Positions 32,079 to 40,938 of a stretch of DNA of 64,000 nucleotides are shown one piece after another. Below the pieces are notes generated by a model. That model had not been told where the DNA came from. It did not search any database and saw only the letters and a list, made by a program, of their open reading frames with translations. Source of the DNA: a virus; the IMG/VR virus record IMGVR_UViG_3300020193_000013, positions 6,944 through 70,943 of that record. One strand, written 5' to 3'. Positions within the stretch are counted from its first letter, which is position 1, and every line of letters starts with the position of its first letter. The position numbers and the translations under genes were made by a program.

Positions 32079-32471
32079 TTATTCTTTTGTTTCATCTTTT
32101 TTAATTAAAGATTGTTTTGCTTCATCGGCTTTTTTGGACAATCCTGTTTTTCTTTCATTCTCAATTTCTACGCACTTGTTAAAAAGTAAGCTTATTACAT
32201 TTACGTCTTCTAACTCTAAGCCAAAGTTTGATTCTGCCCAAAATTTAGGGGCCTCGACGATTCTTACATAAAGCTGACCTAACATAAAAGCTTCTGCTCT
32301 TAAAGCATCAAGAGCTGTTTCCCCATTTGGACCTAGAATATCTCTACGTCTTTGGTCCGACAAAAACATATCTGATCGGGTCAAAAGAGTTTTAACTTTA
32401 AAAACACCTGAGTAATCTCTTCCGCTATTCTCGCCTTTTTCAGAAAAGCTAAATTGAGTAAACTTGTCCAT
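32079..32471 (-). CDS. Tail assembly chaperone 1
   Basis: 130 aa, AGGAG RBS, synteny with tape measure. Confidence 0.65.
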   Translation of the reverse strand: MDKFTQFSFSEKGENSGRDYSGVFKVKTLLTRSDMFLSDQRRRDILGPNGETALDALRAEAFMLGQLYVRIVEAPKFWAESNFGLELEDVNVISLLFNKCVEIENERKTGLSKKADEAKQSLIKKDETKE

Positions 32472-32496
32472 AATATCTCCTTATCATATTAATATA

Positions 32497-32691
32497 TTAC
32501 TTTTTTTCGCTTTCTTTGTAAAGCCTGATCGTATCTGTAACAAAAAACCAATAGATTGCTAATGCTGCTGCAGTGGCTATTGAAACCCTAATTTCTGCAT
32601 AAATTAAAGAAGTTATGAAAACCCCAATTCCAGCTACCGCATACCCAGCGCTAAGAAGCGCTAATAAAACCCTCAAATTTAAAATTTTCAT
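32497..32691 (-). CDS. Small two-TM membrane protein
   Basis: Two hydrophobic segments and a charged tail. Confidence 0.55.
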   Translation of the reverse strand: MKILNLRVLLALLSAGYAVAGIGVFITSLIYAEIRVSIATAAALAIYWFFVTDTIRLYKESEKK

Positions 32692-32862
32692 TTTTAACCT
32701 TTTTTTTAAAAGCTAAGTTATTGTTTTAATTAGTTTTTTATACAGTTGACCATATTATAACATAATCTTATAGATATCACAACAATATTTTCATCACGTA
32801 AATTTTTGTAACTGTTGACTTTTTTGGTATATTTATTAATAATAAGACAAAAGAGGTTAAAA

Positions 32863-33303
32863 GTGTCTGAAAAAAAATATCACTTAGCATCATTAATCCC
32901 TCATGAGCAACTTGCTTTAAAACTGTTATTAAAAAACATGTTTAAGCACAAAACTAAAGAATTAATGAACAAGTTGATAGGGGAAGTTGATCCTATAAAA
33001 GTTGAGTTAAAATATAAAGATTTTGTCAGGCTGTTTAATTCTTTCGATGATTTATCTGGACCACTACCGACTTATATGAACGTAGAAAAATCAAAAAGCA
33101 AACTTTTTTATTTTACAGAGCATGGCATTAATTTTATGCTCGAGTCTCTTTATATTTACGAAGACGGAAAAAATTCAACTCTAGACAGTGAAGATATTCA
33201 ATTGATTGAAGAATTTTTTTCACAAATTAAAAATCTTTTAACCGAATCTAGAAACTATACCTACTCTGCTGATGAAATTTCCAAGGCTTTAAAAAGAGGG
33301 TAA
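32863..33303 (+). CDS. Hypothetical protein
   Basis: Likely GTG start after GAGG RBS; plus-strand island. Confidence 0.55.
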   Translation: MSEKKYHLASLIPHEQLALKLLLKNMFKHKTKELMNKLIGEVDPIKVELKYKDFVRLFNSFDDLSGPLPTYMNVEKSKSKLFYFTEHGINFMLESLYIYEDGKNSTLDSEDIQLIEEFFSQIKNLLTESRNYTYSADEISKALKRG

Positions 33304-33304
33304 A

Positions 33305-33748
33305 ATGCGGCAAGTTATAGTTAAAAAAACCAACAGAATAGACAAGGATGTTTTTAACAACTTCAGTCTATCTTTTGATAAAAAAATTATAATAAAGCCA
33401 GGATTGCAAAGAATAACTTTGGAGAATCCGATACTTGTTATGGCTGGCGGACAAATTAACTGGAGGGGACAACTTTGTGAGGCTATGGTTTCTTCCGGTT
33501 TAGTTTTGTCTGGAATTTATTTTAAAGATGTAACAATTACTGTATATGTTTTTAACACAAACACTCAGGCATTAGAAATTCAACCAGAAATTTCAATAGT
33601 TGAACTTCATGCATACGAATCAGTGTCCGTTAGACAGGTTGAACAAGAATTTAATAAGGTAATTGTTATAAACAAAGAGCTCTCAAAAACAGAAGGAATT
33701 AAAGAAGAAAAAGCAGGGCTTAAAAAGAAAAAATCAAAGAAAAAATAA
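33305..33748 (+). CDS. Hypothetical protein, possibly degenerate dUTPase-like fold
   Basis: IIKPG...GLVL..I...ITV.V.N....LEI.P...I.EL pattern; catalytic motifs not recognisable. Confidence 0.4.
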   Translation: MRQVIVKKTNRIDKDVFNNFSLSFDKKIIIKPGLQRITLENPILVMAGGQINWRGQLCEAMVSSGLVLSGIYFKDVTITVYVFNTNTQALEIQPEISIVELHAYESVSVRQVEQEFNKVIVINKELSKTEGIKEEKAGLKKKKSKKK

Positions 33749-33787
33749 GGCAACTATTCCTCGACGACAAGCAATTCAACATCTAAA

Positions 33788-33901
33788 CTAAAGATCGCAT
33801 CGCTTTTTGCTGGTGCTGGTGGCCCGGACCTAGGCTTTATATAAGCGAGGCACAAGGTGGTCTAGGCAATCGACAACGATTTCGATGCTTGCTAGACATA
33901 C
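33788..33901 (+). pseudogene. Remnant of a C5-cytosine DNA methyltransferase N-terminus
   Basis: Translates as LKIASLFAGAGGPDLGFI*ARHKVV*AIDNDFDAC*TY, i.e. motif I onward with three in-frame stops. Confidence 0.8.
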
Positions 33902-34044
33902 TTCCGTCCAGTTTTTCTCTTTTCTTTCCGATAGGTAATTGGACATCAAACTCCAAAGATTTGAATTGTTTAATTGTGCACTTCATAAAGAGATTATGAC
34001 ATGAAGCGTTACTTGTCGTCAAGGGGTAGTTACCAAAAATAATA

Positions 34045-34254
34045 TTATTTAGTTTTTTTGACAACTTCTTTTTTAGAGGCTTTTTTCTTGGAAAAAATAC
34101 CTTCTGCGGAATTAGCCCCAGCAACCCCTAAAGCCACGGTAGCAATAGCTTCAGCAACTACGACACCTTTAAAAAAACCTAAAACAAAAAGACATGATAT
34201 GGCGAAAACCGCTATAGTTGATCTTCTGCATTTTAAAACTGATAACGGTTCCAT
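34045..34254 (-). CDS. Small two-TM holin-like protein
   Basis: Two TM helices and a Lys-rich C-terminus. Confidence 0.5.
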   Translation of the reverse strand: MEPLSVLKCRRSTIAVFAISCLFVLGFFKGVVVAEAIATVALGVAGANSAEGIFSKKKASKKEVVKKTK

Positions 34255-34256
34255 AA

Positions 34257-34865
34257 TTATTTCCTTGTCCTTAAAATCAAAGAAAGCGAGTTTAGAGTTT
34301 TTTCAATCATGTCTAATTGTTCTTTATTGGGCTCTTTGGATTCGTTTTGCCAAGAAACAATAACAAAACCGCCTATATGGGGTTCCGACCCGACCTTTAC
34401 CATTAAAATGGTTTTTGTACCGTTTAAGATCTTAATTGATTTCCAGTCGCCGTCTACTAAATTGTCCACCCTGCTAAAGAAACATTTATCCCTAATGGTG
34501 TTAGGCACATAATTGCCTAAACTAGTGACTATAACGTTGCTATAGCACGTTAAAGCGTTCTGGGGGTATGCTACCCCTGCTTTTAAAGACAAATGCGTTA
34601 TAGAGCATTTTAAAGCAGAATCCCCATTGATGTAACGATCTCCGTTATGGAACTGAAAAAGCTTAACCCTATCCGCACCCAAAATAATACGAACTTCAGT
34701 TAATTTCTCTTGAATCTGTTCGTTTTTTTCAAGTAAAATAGTTAAACTGTTGTATTCTTTAGTCTTTATGCGCTCTCTTACTTTTTCGTAAATCATAAAC
34801 AATAAAAGTACGGTAAAAGCAAAAGTTTCAGATAAAGTCTTAAGAGTAGTTAAATCAAACTTCAT
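34257..34865 (-). CDS. TM + GAF-like protein, T4 holin T-like architecture
   Basis: N-terminal TM then GADRV.LFQFHNG...IGGFVIVSW GAF-like pattern. Confidence 0.55.
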   Translation of the reverse strand: MKFDLTTLKTLSETFAFTVLLLFMIYEKVRERIKTKEYNSLTILLEKNEQIQEKLTEVRIILGADRVKLFQFHNGDRYINGDSALKCSITHLSLKAGVAYPQNALTCYSNVIVTSLGNYVPNTIRDKCFFSRVDNLVDGDWKSIKILNGTKTILMVKVGSEPHIGGFVIVSWQNESKEPNKEQLDMIEKTLNSLSLILRTRK

Positions 34866-34899
34866 ATGGGCATAAAAGTAATATCAATAAAAGATTAAG

Positions 34900-35145
34900 T
34901 CATGCGTCGTAAAAATCGGTAAATTTTGAGTACATAAACGTGCCAAAATTTCCAAATTCTGCTGTGTTATGTATGTTATCTAATAAAGCATCGAAACCCT
35001 TAATTAATTCATCTTTGGAAAAACCTAAAGTGATGTGCATATGCTTAAATAAGTCGTTAAATTTAACACTTTTCAATAAATATTCTTTTTTTTGACTGTT
35101 ATATAATGAAAACTGATTAGGACCTGCCATGTAAACACGATACAT
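34900..35145 (-). CDS. Hypothetical protein
   Basis: 81-aa ORF with GGGAG RBS. Confidence 0.55.
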   Translation of the reverse strand: MYRVYMAGPNQFSLYNSQKKEYLLKSVKFNDLFKHMHITLGFSKDELIKGFDALLDNIHNTAEFGNFGTFMYSKFTDFYDA

Positions 35146-35305
35146 ATTTTTACTCCCTGGGTTAAACTTATTCCTAGTTACAATGTTTATATTGTACCAA
35201 GTTGACCAATTAATTCAATCAAAACTTTTTTAAAAAACTAGTAGATTTTTATTTTTGTAAAATCTATAATATATAAAGTTAAAAATTTGCAAATAAGATA
35301 TTATT

Positions 35306-35440
35306 ATGATTAAAGAACAAATTAGAGTTCACGTGCCATATGCACATTTTAAACTTTATCAAATGGCAAAAAAATACAATAAGCCCTTTAGACAATTTTT
35401 AATTGATAGCGGCGTTAAATGGCTAAAGAGGTTTAAATGA
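35306..35440 (+). CDS. Small basic protein, possibly ribbon-helix-helix
   Basis: 44-aa ORF not in the track (MIKEQIRVHVP...WLKRFK); ATGA overlap with next gene; TATAAT upstream. Confidence 0.4.
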   Translation: MIKEQIRVHVPYAHFKLYQMAKKYNKPFRQFLIDSGVKWLKRFK

Positions 35441-35808
35441 GTTATTTAGTGGTCAAAAATAAACATACAAAAAAACTTAAAGACCTTAGAAAAGAAGACT
35501 GGGATCTTGCCAAAAAAAACGAGGTTATACTTATAAATTTAACTTCCTTGTCTTATTATGATAATAATACAGATAATTGGATTTATATTTTAACCATACA
35601 AGACACTAACAAAAAAAACGTTACTAAAAAGACACTAGAAAGAAACGATTTTATAAAAATTAGAACCATAGCTCATGACTTTTTTATGCAAAAGGGTGTG
35701 GAGGTCAATGCGCAAGAATACATGAGAGATTATCTACTTTTTTCTGCATTAGAAGAATATCTACATCGAAACAAAATTGACCCTGGTTTTACAACTAAAA
35801 AGCCTTAA
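35437..35808 (+). CDS. Hypothetical protein
   Basis: GAGG RBS; 123 aa. Confidence 0.55.
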   Translation: MSYLVVKNKHTKKLKDLRKEDWDLAKKNEVILINLTSLSYYDNNTDNWIYILTIQDTNKKNVTKKTLERNDFIKIRTIAHDFFMQKGVEVNAQEYMRDYLLFSALEEYLHRNKIDPGFTTKKP

Positions 35809-35854
35809 GTTGAATTGTTTTTAATTTTGTGTAATAATAAGGGGAGAGGTAAAA

Positions 35855-36976
35855 ATGAAACTTTTAAAACTTTTATCAAAACTAGGTCTTAAATCAAACC
35901 CTAAAATTAAAAAACCTGAATCTCAACCTCAAGAAGACGCCGCTGTACAAAAAGACGCTAAACCTAAAACAAAATATCCGGTATCTATTTTTGAATTAAT
36001 TAAAAAGCATGGAAATGAACCAGAAGCTCAAAATGTTATTATTAAGAGGTTGCAAGAAATGGATGAAGCCGCTCGTGGTTACGCTTTAGACAGTTTAATA
36101 GATAATTTTGGCGAAGATCCTAAAACAATCAAACTTTTAGATAAGTATTTAAAACTTTTAATTGAAGAAGATAAAATCCAGGCATTAAAAGATTTTGCGA
36201 TTCATCATGGGGATATTGAACAAATTATAAGTTTAATCGACAAATACATACCAGAAATAAGTGAAAATGACAAGTATTGCTTGCTTTCAGACTTAACCGA
36301 TCATCACGGCAAAAACGTTAATGTTCAAAAACTTATCGTTAAGCATATTAAGCATGTAAGCGTTCTACATCAATATGATGTTTTACTCAGGTTATATCAC
36401 TCCCATGGCCTAGATAGAGAGTTTCCAGAAAAACTCACCCCCTCTGACCTAAAAAATTTAACCGAAACGCAAATCAAAAGAATTTTTAGTTTAGCACCTG
36501 AAGTAACCGAAGATTTGGTAGGAAATCATATTAATAGTTTAAGCGAAAAAAACAGAAGTATATTAATTAAAAATGCTTCTAAAGACAAAGAAGAATCTAT
36601 GGAAAAGAAAAAAGAAAAAAAAGTTGCTAAACAGCAACTAAACGAATTAGAAAAAGAGGTTATTTTACTTGATTTGAGCAACCTCAAAAAAGTAAAAAAC
36701 GCTTTAGGGGAAGAAACGCTCGAAGTTAATTTTCAAAACCCCGTTAAAATATACCCATATGTATACGAAAAAAATGAAGATACTCAAATTGGCGATGCTT
36801 TTTTAACCGTTAAAGGCAATAAAATTTATGCAACAATTACATTGTGCCCGCAGCTTAGGGAGATAGTTGAAAATATGCCCGATAGAAAACCAATTTATAA
36901 GCCATCTGGAAATCTTTCCATACACAAAGGTGAGGCTAAACGCATGATGGTAGATTTTATTTATATGGTGTTTTAA
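35855..36976 (+). CDS. Helical-repeat protein
   Basis: About 33-aa repeats marked by HG/FG (KKHG, DNFG, IHHG, DHHG, HSHG); strong RBS. Confidence 0.6.
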   Translation: MKLLKLLSKLGLKSNPKIKKPESQPQEDAAVQKDAKPKTKYPVSIFELIKKHGNEPEAQNVIIKRLQEMDEAARGYALDSLIDNFGEDPKTIKLLDKYLKLLIEEDKIQALKDFAIHHGDIEQIISLIDKYIPEISENDKYCLLSDLTDHHGKNVNVQKLIVKHIKHVSVLHQYDVLLRLYHSHGLDREFPEKLTPSDLKNLTETQIKRIFSLAPEVTEDLVGNHINSLSEKNRSILIKNASKDKEESMEKKKEKKVAKQQLNELEKEVILLDLSNLKKVKNALGEETLEVNFQNPVKIYPYVYEKNEDTQIGDAFLTVKGNKIYATITLCPQLREIVENMPDRKPIYKPSGNLSIHKGEAKRMMVDFIYMVF

Positions 36977-37323
36977 TGAAAACGCTAGAGTCAGATAAAA
37001 TCGTATGCTTTGACGTTGATGATACTTTAATAACTCAGGATTTTCATGAAGAGGGGGTTGAGGTTGTAGTAGAGTGCAACGGGTATAAAACTGATGTTTT
37101 AATTATAAACAACAACATAGATTCGCTTAAAAAACACAAACGTCAAGGGCAAACTGTAATTGTTTGGTCCGCTGCTGGCCATAAATGGGCAGAGTCCGTA
37201 GTTAAGGCTCTAAATTTAGAAAAATATGTAGATTATGTAATGTCTAAACCAAATTGGTATTATGACGATTTGCCGTGTGAAAAATGGATGGGTAAACCCA
37301 GGTGGGGCAGGGACAGGAAGTAA
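36976..37323 (+). CDS. Minimal HAD-superfamily phosphatase
   Basis: FDVDDTL motif I, VWSA motif II, KP..YYDD motifs III/IV. Confidence 0.85.
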   Translation: MKTLESDKIVCFDVDDTLITQDFHEEGVEVVVECNGYKTDVLIINNNIDSLKKHKRQGQTVIVWSAAGHKWAESVVKALNLEKYVDYVMSKPNWYYDDLPCEKWMGKPRWGRDRK

Positions 37324-37336
37324 AAGGAGTTTAAAA

Positions 37337-37576
37337 ATGAGAAACTTAGTAAACTTGGTAATGCAGCAGCAGATAATAGTGGTAACTTTAATTTTATTGG
37401 TAATGTACATAATTGCAGTGGTACCAAAAGCTATTGAATTACTTAAATATATATCAAAAAATAAAAGTTTTCTTAAAAAAACAATGTTTAGTTTATTTTT
37501 TCTAGTGTCTATTTCTGCAGACTTAGCAATAATGGTTTTAGCTATTCATGGATTGGTTTATTTTTTAAACCCTTGA
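37337..37576 (+). CDS. Two-TM membrane protein
   Basis: ATG after AGGAG; two hydrophobic segments. Confidence 0.55.
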   Translation: MRNLVNLVMQQQIIVVTLILLVMYIIAVVPKAIELLKYISKNKSFLKKTMFSLFFLVSISADLAIMVLAIHGLVYFLNP

Positions 37577-37587
37577 TCAACAGAGAG

Positions 37588-37624
37588 AAACAAAAGGGCA
37601 CTTAGGATTTATATCCTGGTGCCC
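37588..37624 (-). terminator. Rho-independent terminator, minus strand
   Basis: GGGCACCAGGAT-loop-ATCCTAAGTGCCC hairpin (one bulge) followed by TTTTGTTT. Confidence 0.55.
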
Positions 37625-37637
37625 CGAGGTAAAACTT

Positions 37638-37979
37638 ATGTCGCCGACAAAGAAGAAAGAAAAAATATACCACCTAATTACATTTTACACCCCAGTAATT
37701 AGCCCCGTAGATTACGATCTCTCTTTCTCTGGAATAACAGCTAGAATTATTGACATTGGGGATGATTTTTACTTTTTAACGGCTTTTTTTATGGACAGAA
37801 GTGGGAAACTAAATGCATTTAATATGTATATACCATATACAAATATAGCTGGTATGGCAGAATTAAAAGAAAGTTCTGAAAAATTTGAGCCTGAAGAAGA
37901 AAAAGACAGTGGCAAAGAAGAGTTTACTGGGAATGTGATTAACCTCGACAGGAGAAGAGAGGAAGAAAAAAATGAGTAG
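37638..37979 (+). CDS. Hypothetical protein
   Basis: GAGGT RBS; acidic tail. Confidence 0.55.
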   Translation: MSPTKKKEKIYHLITFYTPVISPVDYDLSFSGITARIIDIGDDFYFLTAFFMDRSGKLNAFNMYIPYTNIAGMAELKESSEKFEPEEEKDSGKEEFTGNVINLDRRREEEKNE

Positions 37980-38283
37980 GTTTATAATTTTAATTGCATT
38001 ACTGTTTACAGTCAAATTTGCAAAAGCAGAAGATAGTTACTCTTTTAGTAGCAACCAAAAATTAAGAATTGCCACCACTATTTTAATTTCTCAAGCTATG
38101 TCAAGATTGCTTTACGAACTAGGTGCCAGCAGCTCAGGAAGAACAACCATCAGTAATTTTTTAATTTTAGGGCCAGCAATTACTTCAGAACTTCTAAGCG
38201 AAAAGCCGTCCCAAAACAATCTCATTTCAACTGGTATAGGTATAGTAACTAGTAACCTGATTAGCATTTCTCTTGATTGGTAA
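37972..38283 (+). CDS. Exported or membrane hypothetical protein
   Basis: Signal-peptide-like start ending AKA; hydrophobic segments. Confidence 0.55.
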   Translation: MSRFIILIALLFTVKFAKAEDSYSFSSNQKLRIATTILISQAMSRLLYELGASSSGRTTISNFLILGPAITSELLSEKPSQNNLISTGIGIVTSNLISISLDW

Positions 38284-38356
38284 AATAAAAAAACCTCTAC
38301 TAAAACAAACTAGTTGTCTTAATAAAGGCAAGGCGGGGTCTGCAATTTTTTTAAAA

Positions 38357-38434
38357 TGGCTGTGGGAGCTGGGATCGAACCAGCCTCCATCCGAGTTAAC
38401 AGCTCGGTGCTCTCGCCTTGAGAGCTATCCCACA
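38357..38434 (-). tRNA. tRNA-Asn(GTT) with encoded CCA
   Basis: Acceptor TGTGGGA/TCCCACA, D-stem GCTC/GAGC, anticodon arm CCGAG-CTGTTAA-CTCGG, T-arm GCTGG-TTCGATC-CCAGC, 3' GCCA. Confidence 0.95.
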
Positions 38435-38477
38435 CTCTATAAGCCTGTTAATAGAACGAGGCTTACTTAAACTTTAA

Positions 38478-38939
38478 TTAAAAGCTAGCGGCTCCTGGCT
38501 CGTCATCGCCGCCATTTTTGCTGCTAGTTTCGTCTTCACCTTTAAGGCCCATAATATCTAATCTAACGTCAGATACGCCTCTTGAAGAAACCCCCGAAGA
38601 CCATCCTAATACTCTGCAACCAACAGCAGTAAAAATTCTTTCTCCAGATTGTCTATCAATGATAGCAACTGCGAAATCTTCTTCGTTTAATAAATTCTTG
38701 AGCTGTGTAGCATTTGCTACAGCGTAAGGACCGGAACCCACAACTCTAAAACCAGAAAGGCTTAAACGAACAGCATCTTGATCAATTGGAGTAATCTCAA
38801 CTGGACTAAATCTTCCGAGAATAAAAGCAGGTACTTTACCTTGGGTCATAGACCAGGTGCAGTTTGTGAACAGGCCGACCTCTTGATTATTAATAAGAAC
38901 TTTGGCTCTTGCCCCAGTCATTATTTTAGCTTTTGCCAT
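38478..38939 (-). CDS. Tail tube protein
   Basis: 153 aa; IMTGARAKV, ILGRFSPVEI pattern; AGGAG RBS; downstream of sheath. Confidence 0.75.
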   Translation of the reverse strand: MAKAKIMTGARAKVLINNQEVGLFTNCTWSMTQGKVPAFILGRFSPVEITPIDQDAVRLSLSGFRVVGSGPYAVANATQLKNLLNEEDFAVAIIDRQSGERIFTAVGCRVLGWSSGVSSRGVSDVRLDIMGLKGEDETSSKNGGDDEPGAASF

Positions 38940-39033
38940 CTTTTTCTCCTAAAAAGTATTATATACAAGATTAAGACAGTTTCAACATATTGTTTTTGTC
39001 AATAAAAAAACCAATAAAATTAAACAATTACAA

Positions 39034-39867
39034 CTATTTAGGTTTGTTCCTGTCTTCATATACCTTCTTTAGTTCATTTATTTCTTCATCTTCTTCTGGT
39101 TCTGCGTCTAAATCCCAATCAATATTTAATGGATTCCATTCACCGTCAGCCCGCATACCCTCTCTGCCAGGAAATATTGGGTGTATTTCAAAAAAATGCT
39201 TTCCTTGCTTTGACACACCACACTTTTTAACCGCTATAAGTTCGCCAGGTTTAGTTCCAGCGGGTATTTTAATGGTCCTGGCACCGTACATTGTAGTAAC
39301 TTCTTCTTTGCCGCCTTTAATCATTTTGATGAGCGGTACTTTAGCTACCGAGTAAACGTCCGTTCCTTGTATTTTATAGTGCGGGTGTTCGTTTACGGCC
39401 AAGTTAATAAATAGACTTCCAATGTCCGCACCTTTTTGTATTCCTTTACCTTTAAAAGTATAAGCTTTTTGTCCGGTCGTTCCTGGATCTACGGTGAACT
39501 TAAATTTTTCTAAAATAATCTCGCTTTCATCATTATTCTTGTCTATTTTCATCATGTTTGAATTCAAATTTAAATGTAATTCTTTACCAAAAAAACCTTC
39601 CTCAAAAGTAATAGTAAAATAAATATTTACGTTTAAGTTAGTAAAGTCTCTTATTTGTTTCTGTTTAAAGTCTGGATTAGTGAGCATTTCGTATGCCCAA
39701 TGAACCTCGTAAAACTTATTCTTCTCGTTTGGATTTAAATCTGGATGATATTTTTTAGCTAGTTCTCTATAAGCCTTTTTGATTTCTTTTAAATCTTTTG
39801 TAGGTTTGATTCCTAAAACTTTAAAGCATTCTTCAGCAGTTCTAGCTTTATAAAAATCATCGGCCAT
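39034..39867 (-). CDS. DnaJ/CbpA-type J-domain co-chaperone
   Basis: EIKKAYRELAKKYHPD J-domain plus DnaJ C-terminal domains; no Zn finger. Confidence 0.92.
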   Translation of the reverse strand: MADDFYKARTAEECFKVLGIKPTKDLKEIKKAYRELAKKYHPDLNPNEKNKFYEVHWAYEMLTNPDFKQKQIRDFTNLNVNIYFTITFEEGFFGKELHLNLNSNMMKIDKNNDESEIILEKFKFTVDPGTTGQKAYTFKGKGIQKGADIGSLFINLAVNEHPHYKIQGTDVYSVAKVPLIKMIKGGKEEVTTMYGARTIKIPAGTKPGELIAVKKCGVSKQGKHFFEIHPIFPGREGMRADGEWNPLNIDWDLDAEPEEDEEINELKKVYEDRNKPK

Positions 39868-39929
39868 AGTTTATAAGATTAACATATTGCAGGCTTTTTT
39901 AAAACCTGAAAGATTATTTAAGATTAGTA

Positions 39930-39958
39930 TTGATAAACAAAAAAGCATGTGAGATAAT
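39930..39958 (+). promoter_or_regulatory. Sigma70-like promoter for plus-strand island
   Basis: TTGATA-17 nt-GATAAT. Confidence 0.5.
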
Positions 39959-40009
39959 AAATTCATAAATTTTAAACCCCTAACAAATTCAATAATTTAG
40001 GAGAAAAAT

Positions 40010-40186
40010 ATGTCAGATGGAATGAGTGAGGTTTACAGGCGTAAATATGCTATTGAAAGATTCAAACTTGCACTTGGTGACCTTTATAGAGAAGCTCCGA
40101 ATGATTGGACCGAAATCGTTATGAAATCAATTGCACTTAAGTTTGCTAAAAAAACAAAAGTTAAAAAGTTAAAAAAAGTTAAATAA
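40010..40186 (+). CDS. Small basic hypothetical protein
   Basis: 58-aa ORF not in the track (MSDGMSEVYRRK...); AGGAG RBS. Confidence 0.55.
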   Translation: MSDGMSEVYRRKYAIERFKLALGDLYREAPNDWTEIVMKSIALKFAKKTKVKKLKKVK

Positions 40187-40187
40187 A

Positions 40188-40394
40188 ATGTGGATCGGTA
40201 GAGTTCGTGTACTTTTTATTTGGAAGTTTCCTCAATCTGATGAAATTTACGTTATCCCATTTAAATTTATGCGAAGCGTATGCGGCTGCAAGGTAGTAAT
40301 ATTGTTTAATTTTGCTTTTATTTTTCCTACTAAGGCATGCTATAAAGAAGCCAAAAGGCTTTTAAAAAAGAAAAATAAAGATGATCTGCCCTAG
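40188..40394 (+). CDS. Hypothetical protein
   Basis: Packed between neighbouring plus-strand ORFs. Confidence 0.45.
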   Translation: MWIGRVRVLFIWKFPQSDEIYVIPFKFMRSVCGCKVVILFNFAFIFPTKACYKEAKRLLKKKNKDDLP

Positions 40395-40746
40395 ATGTAA
40401 AAATGAAATGAACCAAGAAGCTTTATTTACAACTATAAGCTACAAGTGTGTTTGCGAAGACGGCTGGTTTACTATTGAACAAATAAAAGAGAAACTGTGC
40501 CCGCCTGATTCAGACATACTAGAGCGTCCAATTCATTTAAAATTTAGGGATTCAAAACAAGACGGTGATGTTTTTGTGGGTAATATGGATTACTTTGATC
40601 ATTGTCCAAAAGATCGTAAATTTAAAATGGACTTAACAATGGGCAATAAAGTCGCAATTTCGGATGAGACTGAATACGCAAATTTTTTGTACGGATATTC
40701 AATAATTAACGATCAAGCTTATTTTCTTTTGTTTTTAGGTAAGTAG
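40381..40746 (+). CDS. Zn-ribbon-like hypothetical protein
   Basis: CPRC...ALFT...Y.C.C; related to 493..762. Confidence 0.6.
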   Translation: MICPRCKNEMNQEALFTTISYKCVCEDGWFTIEQIKEKLCPPDSDILERPIHLKFRDSKQDGDVFVGNMDYFDHCPKDRKFKMDLTMGNKVAISDETEYANFLYGYSIINDQAYFLLFLGK

Positions 40747-40938
40747 ATATAAAGAAGACTAGTATAAGCCAGAGATATTACCAATAAACTATTTGTATTA
40801 CATGCTTTAAAAGCAAAACAAGTTTTAAAGGACATTAACAAACCAGAAATACAAATAAAAAACACTAATACTCTTAATAACATTTTTAATTCCTAGATAG
40901 GGCGGCTCACCAGCTATTTATTCTAAATAGCAACCAAG

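Noticed and set aside
32060-32110. Programmed frameshift joining the two tail chaperones
   Set aside because: The ORFs are in the same frame separated by TAA TGA, so neither a frameshift nor simple readthrough fuses them
33788-33901. Stop-codon reassignment suggested by in-frame TAG codons in the MTase fragment
   Set aside because: The fragment also has TAA and is truncated; long genes read normally in the standard code and several end in TAG
38273-38470. 65-aa plus-strand ORF
   Set aside because: Overlaps the tRNA-Asn on the opposite strand; likely spurious
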